Source of the DNA: an uncultured Candidatus Marinamargulisbacteria bacterium
Lineage (GTDB): Bacteria > Margulisbacteria > Riflemargulisbacteria > GWF2-35-9 > DYQY01
DNA length: 64,000 bases
NCBI GenBank assembly: GCA_964429235.1
Contig: CAYSAQ010000002.1
Span: 230,952-294,951 of the forward strand
Reading direction: 5' to 3'
The number at the start of each line of letters is the position of its first letter. Within the stretch, counting starts at the first letter, position 1. Below the pieces are notes generated by a model. That model ran no database searches. It was given only the letters and a program-made list of their open reading frames with translations, and was not told the origin of the DNA. This document shows positions 9,391 through 18,659 of this stretch, one piece after another. A program made the position numbers and the translations under genes.

Positions 9391-10527
9391 ATGAATAGAC
9401 TTGTAGTTTTAGGCTCAACAGGAACTATTGGAGAGCAGTGTTTAGCGCTTGTTAGCGCTTATCCAGATAGATTCAAAGTGATTGGGATGAGTTGTCATTC
9501 TAATATCGCAAAATTCAAAGAGCAGTTAACAAAATATCAACCAAAATATGCTGCAGTAAGTTCTGATAATGATATTTCAACACTAAAAAAAGAATTTTCT
9601 AATATAGTCTTCTTTGATGGTAAAGGTGCTTTAACAGATTTAGTTTCCGTAGATGAATATGACATGGCAGTTGTTTCAATAGTTGGGGTAGCGGCATTGT
9701 TGCCAACGCTTAAGATAATTCAGCAGGGTAAGGATTTAGCTATTGCCTCAAAAGAGGTTTTAGTTGCTGCTGGACACTTAGTATATGAGGCCTTAGCAAT
9801 ATCAAAATCAGAGTTATATCCAATTGATAGTGAGCATGTAGCTATTTCTTTATGCCTGAGGGGTTATGAAAAAAAGGATATAAAAAAGATAATTATTACT
9901 GCATCAGGAGGACCATTCTGGAATAAAGATGATTTATCGAAAGTAACAATTAACGATGCATTAGCTCATCCTAATTGGTCTATGGGCAGCAAGATAACAA
10001 TAGATAGCGCAACAATGATAAATAAGGGGCTAGAGGTAATTGAGGCACATTGGTTGTTTAATGTGAATTATGACAAAATAAAAGTGTTGGTTCATCCACA
10101 AAGCATTGTTCATGGAATGGTTGAGTATGTAAATGGAGCATTAGTATCACAATTGAGCATGCCAGATATGAGTATGCCTATTTTGTATGCAATCGCTGGT
10201 GGAGAGATAGCCGATTATAATAATAATGACTTAGAGCTGGCAGGGAAAAGTCTTGATTTTATGGAGCCAGATTTGAAAAAATTCAGAGGTTTAGCTCTAG
10301 CTTATGAGGTTGGAAAGCAAGGTGGCAGTATGCCAGCAGTCTTTAATAGTGCAAACGAAGAGGCAGTTAGTTTGTTTCTTGCTGGCAAATGTAGTTTTCT
10401 TCAGATAACTGAATTGGTAGAAAAAGCTTTGGCAAAACATAAGCGGATTTTAGCGCCAACATTAGATGATATTTTACAGATTGATATAACTTCCAGAGAA
10501 ATAGTACAAGAACTTTCCAATGGATAA
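9391..10527 (+). CDS. dxr: 1-deoxy-D-xylulose 5-phosphate reductoisomerase
   Basis: 378 aa with VVLGSTGTIGEQCL N-terminus and the conserved SANEEAV region. Positioned after cdsA as in many genomes. Confidence 0.93.
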   Translation: MNRLVVLGSTGTIGEQCLALVSAYPDRFKVIGMSCHSNIAKFKEQLTKYQPKYAAVSSDNDISTLKKEFSNIVFFDGKGALTDLVSVDEYDMAVVSIVGVAALLPTLKIIQQGKDLAIASKEVLVAAGHLVYEALAISKSELYPIDSEHVAISLCLRGYEKKDIKKIIITASGGPFWNKDDLSKVTINDALAHPNWSMGSKITIDSATMINKGLEVIEAHWLFNVNYDKIKVLVHPQSIVHGMVEYVNGALVSQLSMPDMSMPILYAIAGGEIADYNNNDLELAGKSLDFMEPDLKKFRGLALAYEVGKQGGSMPAVFNSANEEAVSLFLAGKCSFLQITELVEKALAKHKRILAPTLDDILQIDITSREIVQELSNG

Positions 10528-11542
10528 GCTAGATTTATTTATTGCAACATCACTAGGTTCCATAAAAGAAAGAAGAGAGTTTCAACTTGCATATTGTGAG
10601 GGTGGAAGCCTCGATAGATTTCATGAAAAACTAAAGAAGAAAAGATCAGAAGTAGAATCTATAAAAGAATATTGCGAGTGTTCTGGAGTGGAAATAGTAT
10701 TATATGATTCTCAGATATATCCATCGCTTCTAAAGCAAATACCCGATGCTCCGTTATTATTGTATGCAAAGGGCAACGTGGATTTGCTTAAAGTTAGCAC
10801 AGCAATATCAATGGTAGGAACAAGAGGTGCTACTCAATATGGAACAACTATGGCTTTTGAACTTGCTAAAGAATTAGCTGGTTATGGGACAGTAATAGTA
10901 AGTGGGCTAGCTGATGGTATAGATGCTGCATCTCACAGAGGCGCATTGTCAGCGGGGTCAACAATAGCCGTGATTGGTTCTGGGTTGAAGTTTGAGTATC
11001 CTGCTGTTAATAGAGATCTTTATCAGCAAATATATGCGGAGGGTTTAGTTCTTACAGAGTTTGCTCCAGATATTTCTCCTGACCGGCACACGTTCCCAGT
11101 AAGGAATAGAATAATAGCCGGATTATCTAGAGGTGTAGTTGTTGTAGAGTCGAAATCGTCAGGTGGTTCAATGATTACGGCTCAACTAGCACTAGATTAT
11201 GATAGAGAAGTATTTGCAGTTCCAGGTAGAGCAACAGATGTGACAAGCAGAGGGACTAATAAACTGATAAAGCTAGGCGCGAAACTTGTAGAAAGCTCTT
11301 CAGATATTACTGAAGAACTGAATTGGTTGATACCAAAGGATGCTGTAAAGCAGGAGGTTAAGTATAAGCTTAGCGAAGAAGAACAATTGGTTTTCGATAA
11401 GATGAGCTTAGAACCTATTTATATTGATAATTTAGCAGAGCAAGTAGGATTAGAGCTTAAAAAAGTATTAACAATACTTACGTTTTTAGAGATGCAAAGT
11501 ATAGTTCGTCAGATACCTGGTAAGTATTACGTAAAAGGTTAA
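10520..11542 (+). CDS. dprA: DNA processing protein DprA (Smf)
   Basis: Rossmann-like DprA core VGTRGATQYG...VSGLADGIDAASHRGAL...VVVESKSSGGSMITAQLALDYDREVFAVPG. Confidence 0.88.
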   Translation: MDKLDLFIATSLGSIKERREFQLAYCEGGSLDRFHEKLKKKRSEVESIKEYCECSGVEIVLYDSQIYPSLLKQIPDAPLLLYAKGNVDLLKVSTAISMVGTRGATQYGTTMAFELAKELAGYGTVIVSGLADGIDAASHRGALSAGSTIAVIGSGLKFEYPAVNRDLYQQIYAEGLVLTEFAPDISPDRHTFPVRNRIIAGLSRGVVVVESKSSGGSMITAQLALDYDREVFAVPGRATDVTSRGTNKLIKLGAKLVESSSDITEELNWLIPKDAVKQEVKYKLSEEEQLVFDKMSLEPIYIDNLAEQVGLELKKVLTILTFLEMQSIVRQIPGKYYVKG

Positions 11543-11607
11543 TTTAGCTGGGAATTTTTTCATATAGTTTCGATAACTAATCACAACTAATAATTTAGGA
11601 GATATAT

Positions 11608-12687
11608 ATGAAGAACAAAGTAGTTTCTATGAATAATAAAGAAGGTACTGTTGGTGTATTGCAAAAGATAGCTGGTTCTGTGAAAGACTTCTTAGGGTGG
11701 GTTTCAATTGACGATTCGTCTAATGTTCACGGTTTGGGGTTTTCTGCGACGGTATTATATCCACAAGGTCATGATGGTAAAACTGTGCTGCTTTCTAAAG
11801 CTAAGAAGCAAGCGTTAGCGGCTGCGCTTGATAAGACTTTGTCAAAATCTGGGTTTAGAAAATTGCTATTAAAAGAATGTCCGAACAAGTATTCTAATAT
11901 AGAAATCATTTCTTTGCCAGAAGGAAAAGTCTATAAGTCTGCTGGAACAGGGACTATAGCTTTTACTGTAAATAGAATTATTGAAGATGCTACATTGGAA
12001 ATAACAGGGTTGTTTTTAGAATATATCCTTACTCAGATTAATTTAATGAAAGGTGAAAGCTTTTGTATGTATTCGAATGATGAAAAGAATAATGGATTTT
12101 TTAGATCGACGCAGCAGATTAATGGACTTATTAATTTTGATAAAGTGCCTACTCCTGAATTGAATATTGATTGGACAATAAAAGGAGCTGTTTGTAACGG
12201 TAATGTTACGTATAATCGAACTTCTGAGTTTTATGTGGAAGGAATAACACTTCAGCTTAAATATTGCCATAGAACAGAAACAGATTATGTGGATTATGCT
12301 GCAGGTGAAAAAGATAAGTTTATATCTATATTGCTGGATAGGTTTAACAGTGAAGAGGGAAGAGATTTTATTAAGTATTGTAAGAAGTTAGGTTTGGATT
12401 ATATTGCGTTTTATCCCGATAATGATGGTAAGGGTGTCCACCCTAAAGAGATGTGTGCCGGCAAACTTAATATTACTGTTTCGGCATTTCTTTCGCTAAG
12501 TTGGGATGAGCTAAAGGCAGGGATAGCGAGTATAGCCAGACAGGTTAAGGAGACTCTTCCAGATAAGGATACAACATACGGGAAATTCTCAAAAGAAGAT
12601 AGGGTTGGATTTATTATGGGCGCAAATTATAACAATTTAAGGATTTATCCAAAACCTGACAATATAGTTTTTGAGAAAAATTGGTAG
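11608..12687 (+). CDS. hypothetical protein (no family recognised)
   Basis: 359-aa ORF with ATG preceded by aggag. No signal peptide and no recognisable catalytic motif. Confidence 0.5.
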   Translation: MKNKVVSMNNKEGTVGVLQKIAGSVKDFLGWVSIDDSSNVHGLGFSATVLYPQGHDGKTVLLSKAKKQALAAALDKTLSKSGFRKLLLKECPNKYSNIEIISLPEGKVYKSAGTGTIAFTVNRIIEDATLEITGLFLEYILTQINLMKGESFCMYSNDEKNNGFFRSTQQINGLINFDKVPTPELNIDWTIKGAVCNGNVTYNRTSEFYVEGITLQLKYCHRTETDYVDYAAGEKDKFISILLDRFNSEEGRDFIKYCKKLGLDYIAFYPDNDGKGVHPKEMCAGKLNITVSAFLSLSWDELKAGIASIARQVKETLPDKDTTYGKFSKEDRVGFIMGANYNNLRIYPKPDNIVFEKNW

Positions 12688-12688
12688 C

Positions 12689-13273
12689 TTATTGGCCTTT
12701 TAAATAAAGAACATTCTTTTTATTTTTAAATATTTGTAATAGTTTTTTGTTAGTTTCCTTTAAGATGCTGAATTCATCTGGCGAATAGTATGATAATTCA
12801 TATTCCCTGTTAAAGATTTCCATAGTTGCCTTAAGGTATTCTTCAACTATTTCTTCCGCTAATAATCCAACAACTAATAATTGTATGGGTTTCGTGAAAT
12901 CCAGTGGATGCTTTACTGTATGTCCGTGTAACAATACAATTTCTAATGATTTAGTTTTAATTAGTAGTTTGAATATGTCTTTTGGTTCAGTAGTAGCCTT
13001 TAGTATAAGTCTTTTTAAATCGTCAAAAAAAGGATTTTGAGTGTTAACAAAGTAGTTAACTTGGTTTCCTTGAGGGAATCGACAAATTACTTGTGCTGCT
13101 ACAAGTTTTTTTGTTTCACGTTGTACTGCAGAAATTGGCTCATCGATTATTCTGCTGAGTTCCCTGGTATGATATTTTTTATTAGTGTTAAAAAGAAATA
13201 GCTCTAATAGCTTTCTTTTTACTTTTGATTGAATAAGATTTTCGAGTATTTGCGACATATTCTCATGGTACAT
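12689..13273 (-). CDS. hypothetical protein, possible winged-helix DNA-binding N-terminus
   Basis: 194 aa. The N-terminal segment YHTRELSRIIDEPISAVQRETKKL resembles a wHTH recognition helix. Last gene of a four-gene minus-strand operon. Confidence 0.45.
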   Translation of the reverse strand: MYHENMSQILENLIQSKVKRKLLELFLFNTNKKYHTRELSRIIDEPISAVQRETKKLVAAQVICRFPQGNQVNYFVNTQNPFFDDLKRLILKATTEPKDIFKLLIKTKSLEIVLLHGHTVKHPLDFTKPIQLLVVGLLAEEIVEEYLKATMEIFNREYELSYYSPDEFSILKETNKKLLQIFKNKKNVLYLKGQ

Positions 13274-13303
13274 AAAAAGTGGTCATAAAGTCAATGGCTT
13301 TTG

Positions 13304-14131
13304 CTAGAACAGCTCTTTCGCTTGTTTAAGCGTTCGGCAGCCTATTAGCGTGAAAGAGGATTTCGAAAGAGATTGTGTTTCTTGAAGTATTTGCTGAGGC
13401 AGAGAAAGTTGCGACTTGCTAGCAGATTCTTTTTGAGTGCTGATAGTATTTTGTAGCTTTCCCCAGTTATGATTGTTTTTCCCTTGATAGAAAAAGTTTT
13501 TAGCAGATTTATTTGGGATATCTTCCGTGGTTTTAAATTTATCTAAGAGTAATCCTCCTTGAAAAGTTCCATAAGTAATTGTTTGTATGTTTTTTTCTTT
13601 GCAAAAAGATAGGATATTGTATGTTTCTTCTGTGCTTATAAGAGAGAATTGCAGCTGAACTGTATCTATATGGCTTAATAGCTCAAGATTTTGAAGTTCT
13701 TTTAGTGATAAGTTGCAGACTCCAATTTTTTTAATAATCTTTCGTTCCTTAAATGATAAAAGAGTTTCTATTGCTTTGTCCGTTGAATAGTTTGGATCTG
13801 GCCAATGAATTTGATATAAGTCTATTTGCTCTTTTTGTAGTCTGCGAAGTGAATCAATCAGCTCTTTCTCTAATGATTTTTTTTCAAGGTTATGAAAGAA
13901 GCCTTTTTTTGTATGAATAAGCCCGCATTTTGTGGCGATCTTTATGTCGCCTGTATTATCTTCTATCGCTTGCCCAACTATAGTTTCAGAGTGACCGTCA
14001 CCATAGACAGGAGCAGTGTCGATAAGAGGGATGTTCTTTTCTATAGCATATCGAATAACATTAAGGCTTTCAGGGTCTTTAACATCACCCCAAAAGTGTT
14101 TTCCAAATTGCCAAGTACCTAGTCCAATCAT
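13304..14131 (-). CDS. aldo/keto reductase family oxidoreductase
   Basis: MIGLGTWQFG...IDTAPVYGDGHSETIVG...IHWPDP are classic AKR motifs. Start overlaps the upstream gene by 4 nt. Confidence 0.85.
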   Translation of the reverse strand: MIGLGTWQFGKHFWGDVKDPESLNVIRYAIEKNIPLIDTAPVYGDGHSETIVGQAIEDNTGDIKIATKCGLIHTKKGFFHNLEKKSLEKELIDSLRRLQKEQIDLYQIHWPDPNYSTDKAIETLLSFKERKIIKKIGVCNLSLKELQNLELLSHIDTVQLQFSLISTEETYNILSFCKEKNIQTITYGTFQGGLLLDKFKTTEDIPNKSAKNFFYQGKNNHNWGKLQNTISTQKESASKSQLSLPQQILQETQSLSKSSFTLIGCRTLKQAKELF

Positions 14132-15213
14132 AAATGGGTAAAGACCTTTTCATTGAACCACTTTTCAAATTCTTCATTATCTTTGAAGTTGAATCCAAAC
14201 ACATTTTTCCAAATGGTTGGTGATTCCATACATAAATATACAAATTGATCTGGGTGGTGATTCTTGATAGCATCAATTAGTTCTTTATATGCTTTTTCTC
14301 GACGAAATCGAAGGTACCTGAATTTCTGGTCATCAGCCAAAATAAACTCATCCATATACAAGGGGCTCTTCCTTATGAAGGTTGGTTTTAGTCCTTTTGT
14401 GAATCTAAGGGTTCCTATGCTAATCCATCTTATTTTTTCTTTAGGGATTATTTTATAAATTTTATTTATTGTATTTTTGTAATCATCTGTATAATCCTTA
14501 TAAAGAATTACTGGGTCAAAATGAAAAGCAACATCATAACCATGGTCAGTGATTTTTTTAGCTGCTTTTAATCTTTCATCAAGAGAGGGAGTGTCTTTTT
14601 CAGAAGAGTTTGTCACAAGTTCTGAGTTTACAGACCAAGCAACTATAATGTTATTGGCTGGTTCTATTTTAAGTAGATTTTCGATGCTAACTGATTTTGT
14701 TTTAAGTTCTAGTATAACATTTTTGTGATCCTTAAAGACATTCACTAAGTCTGTAGAAAGTTCGCTTATTTCATCAGCAATAAGGCTGTCTGTAAATTCT
14801 CCAGTGCCAATCCTGTATAGTTGTTTGCTGTTTATGTAATTTCCAATTATGTTTTTCTGCATATAGCTTGTGGTATCCGTAAAAACTGATATTGATTCTG
14901 TTTTTAAGTAGTCTTGAAGAATGCAATATGTGCAGCCAAAGCTACAATTGTGACCAACATTAAGTATTCTGTAGTTGCAACAATGATATTTCGTTGTGCC
15001 AGGGCACATAACAACAGGATCCCCTTTTAGTTTGGTAAGAAGTAGTGTGTTTGGTGAGTCATGGAGTGCTAATATTTCTTTTAGATTATTATCCTCAAAA
15101 TATATCTTTTCTGCATTGGGTAATTTATTCAGCACCCTTTTAGTAATGACATCATTGACTACAAAATTGTTAATTAATAGTTTCGTGAAGTTATGAATAT
15201 TTTTATTTATCAT
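14128..15213 (-). CDS. spore photoproduct lyase family radical SAM protein
   Basis: 361 aa with a CxxxCxxC cluster (NCSFGCTYC, Cys 90/94/97), the same spacing and position as SplB. Overlaps both neighbouring genes by 4 nt. Confidence 0.8.
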   Translation of the reverse strand: MINKNIHNFTKLLINNFVVNDVITKRVLNKLPNAEKIYFEDNNLKEILALHDSPNTLLLTKLKGDPVVMCPGTTKYHCCNYRILNVGHNCSFGCTYCILQDYLKTESISVFTDTTSYMQKNIIGNYINSKQLYRIGTGEFTDSLIADEISELSTDLVNVFKDHKNVILELKTKSVSIENLLKIEPANNIIVAWSVNSELVTNSSEKDTPSLDERLKAAKKITDHGYDVAFHFDPVILYKDYTDDYKNTINKIYKIIPKEKIRWISIGTLRFTKGLKPTFIRKSPLYMDEFILADDQKFRYLRFRREKAYKELIDAIKNHHPDQFVYLCMESPTIWKNVFGFNFKDNEEFEKWFNEKVFTHL

Positions 15214-15620
15214 AGCCCTACCTTTCCGGTAATTAACAATGACAGTTCTTCAAGGTAGTTGCTTTTTTCTTCTAACATGTTTTTTGCTTTAGCCATTTCG
15301 CTCGCTGAGTTGCATAGGTAGTTAATGGTATATGCATCGCTTTCAAAGTTATCATTATAGATGATTCTAAAGTATGTATTTTGGTTATGAATTGATTTTA
15401 ATAGAGATGACAACTTTTTCTTGTACCTTGAATATTCCGGGTATCTTAATTCTCGAATATAGGTGATGAATGCGTCAGATATTTTATTGGCATCAGATTC
15501 AAACTTTTTAAAAGATTCTAGCGTTAATGTTCTATCTTGCAGCATTAATTCTTCTATAATTTCTTTTGCTTCTTTTTTTTGGTTATGATTAAGCCTAAAA
15601 TTCTTATAAATATTTTCCAT
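15210..15620 (-). CDS. hypothetical small protein, first gene of the SPL-family operon
   Basis: 136-aa ORF translationally coupled to the downstream radical SAM gene. No signal peptide. Confidence 0.5.
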   Translation of the reverse strand: MENIYKNFRLNHNQKKEAKEIIEELMLQDRTLTLESFKKFESDANKISDAFITYIRELRYPEYSRYKKKLSSLLKSIHNQNTYFRIIYNDNFESDAYTINYLCNSASEMAKAKNMLEEKSNYLEELSLLITGKVGL

Positions 15621-15678
15621 GTGCTTATTTTAACACTATAGCAGGATAAAATATGTTTCTTTAGTTAGCGACCATAAT

Positions 15679-15742
15679 CCCCCTTCGCCGAAAGGCTCTT
15701 ACCCCTTTGATAAAGGGGGCGCTGCTCCCTCGTCGAGGGAGC
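15679..15742. repeat. GC-rich palindromic element (two or three adjacent hairpins) in a divergent intergenic region
   Basis: Hairpin ccccttt-gat-aaagggg at 15702-15718 and gctccctcg-t-cgagggagc at 15724-15742, with a small gcc-gaaa-ggc stem-loop upstream. Sharply GC-rich against AT-rich flanks. Confidence 0.5.
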
Positions 15743-15950
15743 CTTTTATTAATTTATTTGATTATGAAAAGAAGGTATATTCCAAAGTGATAGGGGGAGT
15801 TAAGAAAGTGCCTAGTTGGTATATAATTAAATTATGAATTTTGAAGAAATAATAGAAGAACTAAAAAGTTTTGAGGATTCATAACTGCTATACTAGACAA
15901 AGAAGATTCAGTAAAATGGATAGCAAGAGATGCGAGGAGAGAGTTAGTAG

Positions 15951-16553
15951 ATGTTAAAATTCTTCAAAGGCTCAAAAAAAGAGCAGGAAAATAACAAGAT
16001 AATTTTTGTAGGATTGGGAAATCCAGGCAAACAATATGCGAATACACGACATAATGTAGGGTTTATGGCTATTGATGAACTTATTAAACATTGGAACGCT
16101 ACAGAAAAAGGTTCTAAAAAGGGTTCCTATGATTGTTTTGAGTGCTCTGTTTCAGGAAAGAAAGTTTTTTTGGTTAAGCCACTAACGTTTATGAATCTTA
16201 GCGGAAAAGCTGTTCAAGGCATATGTGCGAAAGCAAGAGTTCCAATAACTTCAGTAGTAGTAATGTTTGATGATATTGCTATTCCCTTTGAAAAATTAAA
16301 GATACGAAAACAAGGGTCTGCTGGCGGGCATAATGGGCTGAAGTCTATTATTGCTGTTCTAGGACAGAACTTTCCAAGAATAAAAATAGGCATTGGTGAT
16401 GAAAGAGCAGGTAAAGACCTAAGCGACCATGTGCTTAGTAAGTTTAGCAAAGAAGAAAAAAAAGAACTCGATTTACTTATAGAGAGTATTCCGAATATTG
16501 CCAAAAGTATTATTGAAGATGGTCTTGATGTGGCTATGAATAAGTTTAATTAA
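15951..16553 (+). CDS. pth: peptidyl-tRNA hydrolase
   Basis: IIFVGLGNPGKQYANTRHNVGF...GGHNGLKS is the Pth signature. ATG preceded by gaggagag. Confidence 0.9.
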   Translation: MLKFFKGSKKEQENNKIIFVGLGNPGKQYANTRHNVGFMAIDELIKHWNATEKGSKKGSYDCFECSVSGKKVFLVKPLTFMNLSGKAVQGICAKARVPITSVVVMFDDIAIPFEKLKIRKQGSAGGHNGLKSIIAVLGQNFPRIKIGIGDERAGKDLSDHVLSKFSKEEKKELDLLIESIPNIAKSIIEDGLDVAMNKFN

Positions 16554-17787
16554 TACTGCCAACCCAAGCTTCTATTTCGAATAACCAATCTACTCTACAA
16601 ACATTAGCATTTACAAAGATAGTCGGAGTGTTTGGGAATTTCTTTTTTACAATATCGTAAGCAATATCACGTGCTTCTTCAAAGTCAGCCTGTGTGTATC
16701 CTTTTGGCTTGGCAATATATGCTCTAGTAGAGAAAAATTGATCTAAAGTCATTTTGCGTTGTTCTGCAACTCTTTGCATGTTTTTTATTGCTAAAAGAGT
16801 TTGTCTTTGTGTGTCACCAAGATATCTAACCTTTTCACCTGTAACAGCTGCAGTACCAGAAATCCACTCTGTTTCTCCCTTAGGATTAACTACTGAAAAG
16901 CCCCTTGAGAAAGCCGGCGGTGCCTTCTTGCCGGGCTCAGCTGCTTTTTGTAATACAGCTTGGTGATACTCAAAAGGGTTTGTTTGAAAAGGATTGGATA
17001 CAGGATAGCCTTTTACTGCTTTGTTTTTAGTTCTAACGGCAACTCCTTCTAGTAGTATTGATCCATCATGCATATCAATTCCAGTAGAAGCTGGCGGAAC
17101 TTTTTCGTTCCATAATTCACTGTTTGGGTTTCCTATTTTAAAAGAGAGGCTTTTAAAAAAATCAGCTCTAGCATTGTTCATGTTTTGATAGTTTTCGCCT
17201 ACTTCACCATTAATAGTAATAATATCCTTTTGGTATATCCAAGTTCTAGCAACCTCACCAAAAGAAAACCCGTTTTCTTCAAGAAGAGTATTTGCATGTT
17301 GAAACACATCCACGGACTCAGCATATGGCCCCACAATGCCGCCTCTTGGCGTTATCCCAGAGAAGAAAGCCCATTCCATGTCCTCAAACTCTAAGATGCT
17401 TAAATTGTTGTTTATGCGTTTAGGAGTAAGTTCACTAATTAAAATCTCTATTAAGCAATCTTCGCCAAATGCCGGTGGCTGAGGGATTATGCTAAAAGCA
17501 GGTGTTTTTCCGCCATAGTAAATAGCTAGTTCTGTTTCAATTTCTTTTGCTTTGGTTAGATTTTTTGTGAAGATTTGAGTTCTTATTACATTGTCAGCAG
17601 ATAGGTTGTTGTCAGCTAAAAGTTTATCAAGCTGTTTTAGGTTGTTGCGAAGCTGAGCTATTACGCCTTGTCCAGCAGTTGGAGCAATAGCTGCATTTAT
17701 AGCTTTAGTTCCACACAGATTCCCTATAGAAGAAAGCGTGTAGTTGCCTGTTAATAAGCTAGAAGTTGATATAATTTTGTGTAACAT
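16546..17787 (-). CDS. tandem RidA/YjgF-like domain protein, possible FkbO/Hyg5-type chorismatase family
   Basis: 413 aa with two RidA-like segments, each ending in an IEIL/EIEAWV-type motif (NVIRTQIFTKNL...CLIEILISE and PTIFVNANVCRVDWLFEIEAWV). Length and tandem layout fit chorismatase-like enzymes. Confidence 0.55.
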   Translation of the reverse strand: MLHKIISTSSLLTGNYTLSSIGNLCGTKAINAAIAPTAGQGVIAQLRNNLKQLDKLLADNNLSADNVIRTQIFTKNLTKAKEIETELAIYYGGKTPAFSIIPQPPAFGEDCLIEILISELTPKRINNNLSILEFEDMEWAFFSGITPRGGIVGPYAESVDVFQHANTLLEENGFSFGEVARTWIYQKDIITINGEVGENYQNMNNARADFFKSLSFKIGNPNSELWNEKVPPASTGIDMHDGSILLEGVAVRTKNKAVKGYPVSNPFQTNPFEYHQAVLQKAAEPGKKAPPAFSRGFSVVNPKGETEWISGTAAVTGEKVRYLGDTQRQTLLAIKNMQRVAEQRKMTLDQFFSTRAYIAKPKGYTQADFEEARDIAYDIVKKKFPNTPTIFVNANVCRVDWLFEIEAWVGSIN

Positions 17788-17852
17788 TCAGAAATATATC
17801 GAAACCTAGTTCAATATATTGCAGTAAAAAATATTAATAAATAAAGTTTTTT

Positions 17853-18659
17853 TTAACTTCCCCAAGTATAAGCAAATGAGTAGATTAGCTCATCAGAGAT
17901 AGAATAAGGAACCTCTACCGCGTATTTTACTGATCCAAGATAAGATTGAGTTCCTATCATAAAAGGTAAATCAAATCCTAATGCATATCCGTTTTCGTTG
18001 GCACCAACATTAAGCATTGTTGTATCATTTATTAGCAGTGAAAGTCCTGAACTATATTTTATTTTTTCTCCAGCAAGTCTTATGAAACTGATTTTGTTAG
18101 ACCACATTACTTTATTCCAAGGGATAAAGTTTAGACCAAAACCAATTGTTGGAGGGAAATCATTATCCAAGATATTATCGTTATCCTTAAAGAAATGTTC
18201 CAAGGTAACTCCCGAGTAGACTTTGTTGCGAAGGTCCATATAGCTTACGCCTAATAGTGTTGACCAGCCATTGCTTTTGACTCCAGCGGCATCTAATGCA
18301 ATTGTTTGATAAGTTATGCCCCAGGAGAAAGATTTGTTTATTTTTGACCCATAACCGAAGAGCGCTATTGTTGCATTTTCACTGATAGATTTTTCTTCAA
18401 GTTTCATTTCTCCAGCACCAAACCCGTTATAAATAACATAACTAAGGGTTTGTTTGGCTGTTCTTTGTTTTGTTGTGTCGATGTTTTGGTTGCTAATAGC
18501 AAACCGTGTTTGAGGCAAAAAGGCAGGATTAACAACAAAGGCTTCGTGGTTCATGATAAGCGCAATATTAGATTTTGCTACACTTAAATCAGATACACTT
18601 GTCAAATTGTAAGCAAAACTAATGTAAGTTAAAAATAGAAATAGAACTTTGATTTTCAT
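17853..18659 (-). CDS. hypothetical outer-membrane (beta-barrel-like) protein
   Basis: 268 aa with an N-terminal signal peptide and alternating hydrophobic and aromatic-rich segments. Coupled to the upstream lipoprotein gene. Confidence 0.5.
   Translation of the reverse strand: MKIKVLFLFLTYISFAYNLTSVSDLSVAKSNIALIMNHEAFVVNPAFLPQTRFAISNQNIDTTKQRTAKQTLSYVIYNGFGAGEMKLEEKSISENATIALFGYGSKINKSFSWGITYQTIALDAAGVKSNGWSTLLGVSYMDLRNKVYSGVTLEHFFKDNDNILDNDFPPTIGFGLNFIPWNKVMWSNKISFIRLAGEKIKYSSGLSLLINDTTMLNVGANENGYALGFDLPFMIGTQSYLGSVKYAVEVPYSISDELIYSFAYTWGS

Noticed and set aside
15679-15742. Possibility that the GC-rich intergenic hairpins are tRNA or other canonical RNA genes
   Set aside because: They show no cloverleaf arrangement, no T-loop GTTCRANYC-like motif and no acceptor-stem pairing. 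They are simple hairpins.
15833-15883. 16-codon ATG ORF (MNFEEIIEELKSFEDS) in the pth upstream region
   Set aside because: Too short, with no SD. More likely part of the promoter or leader region.
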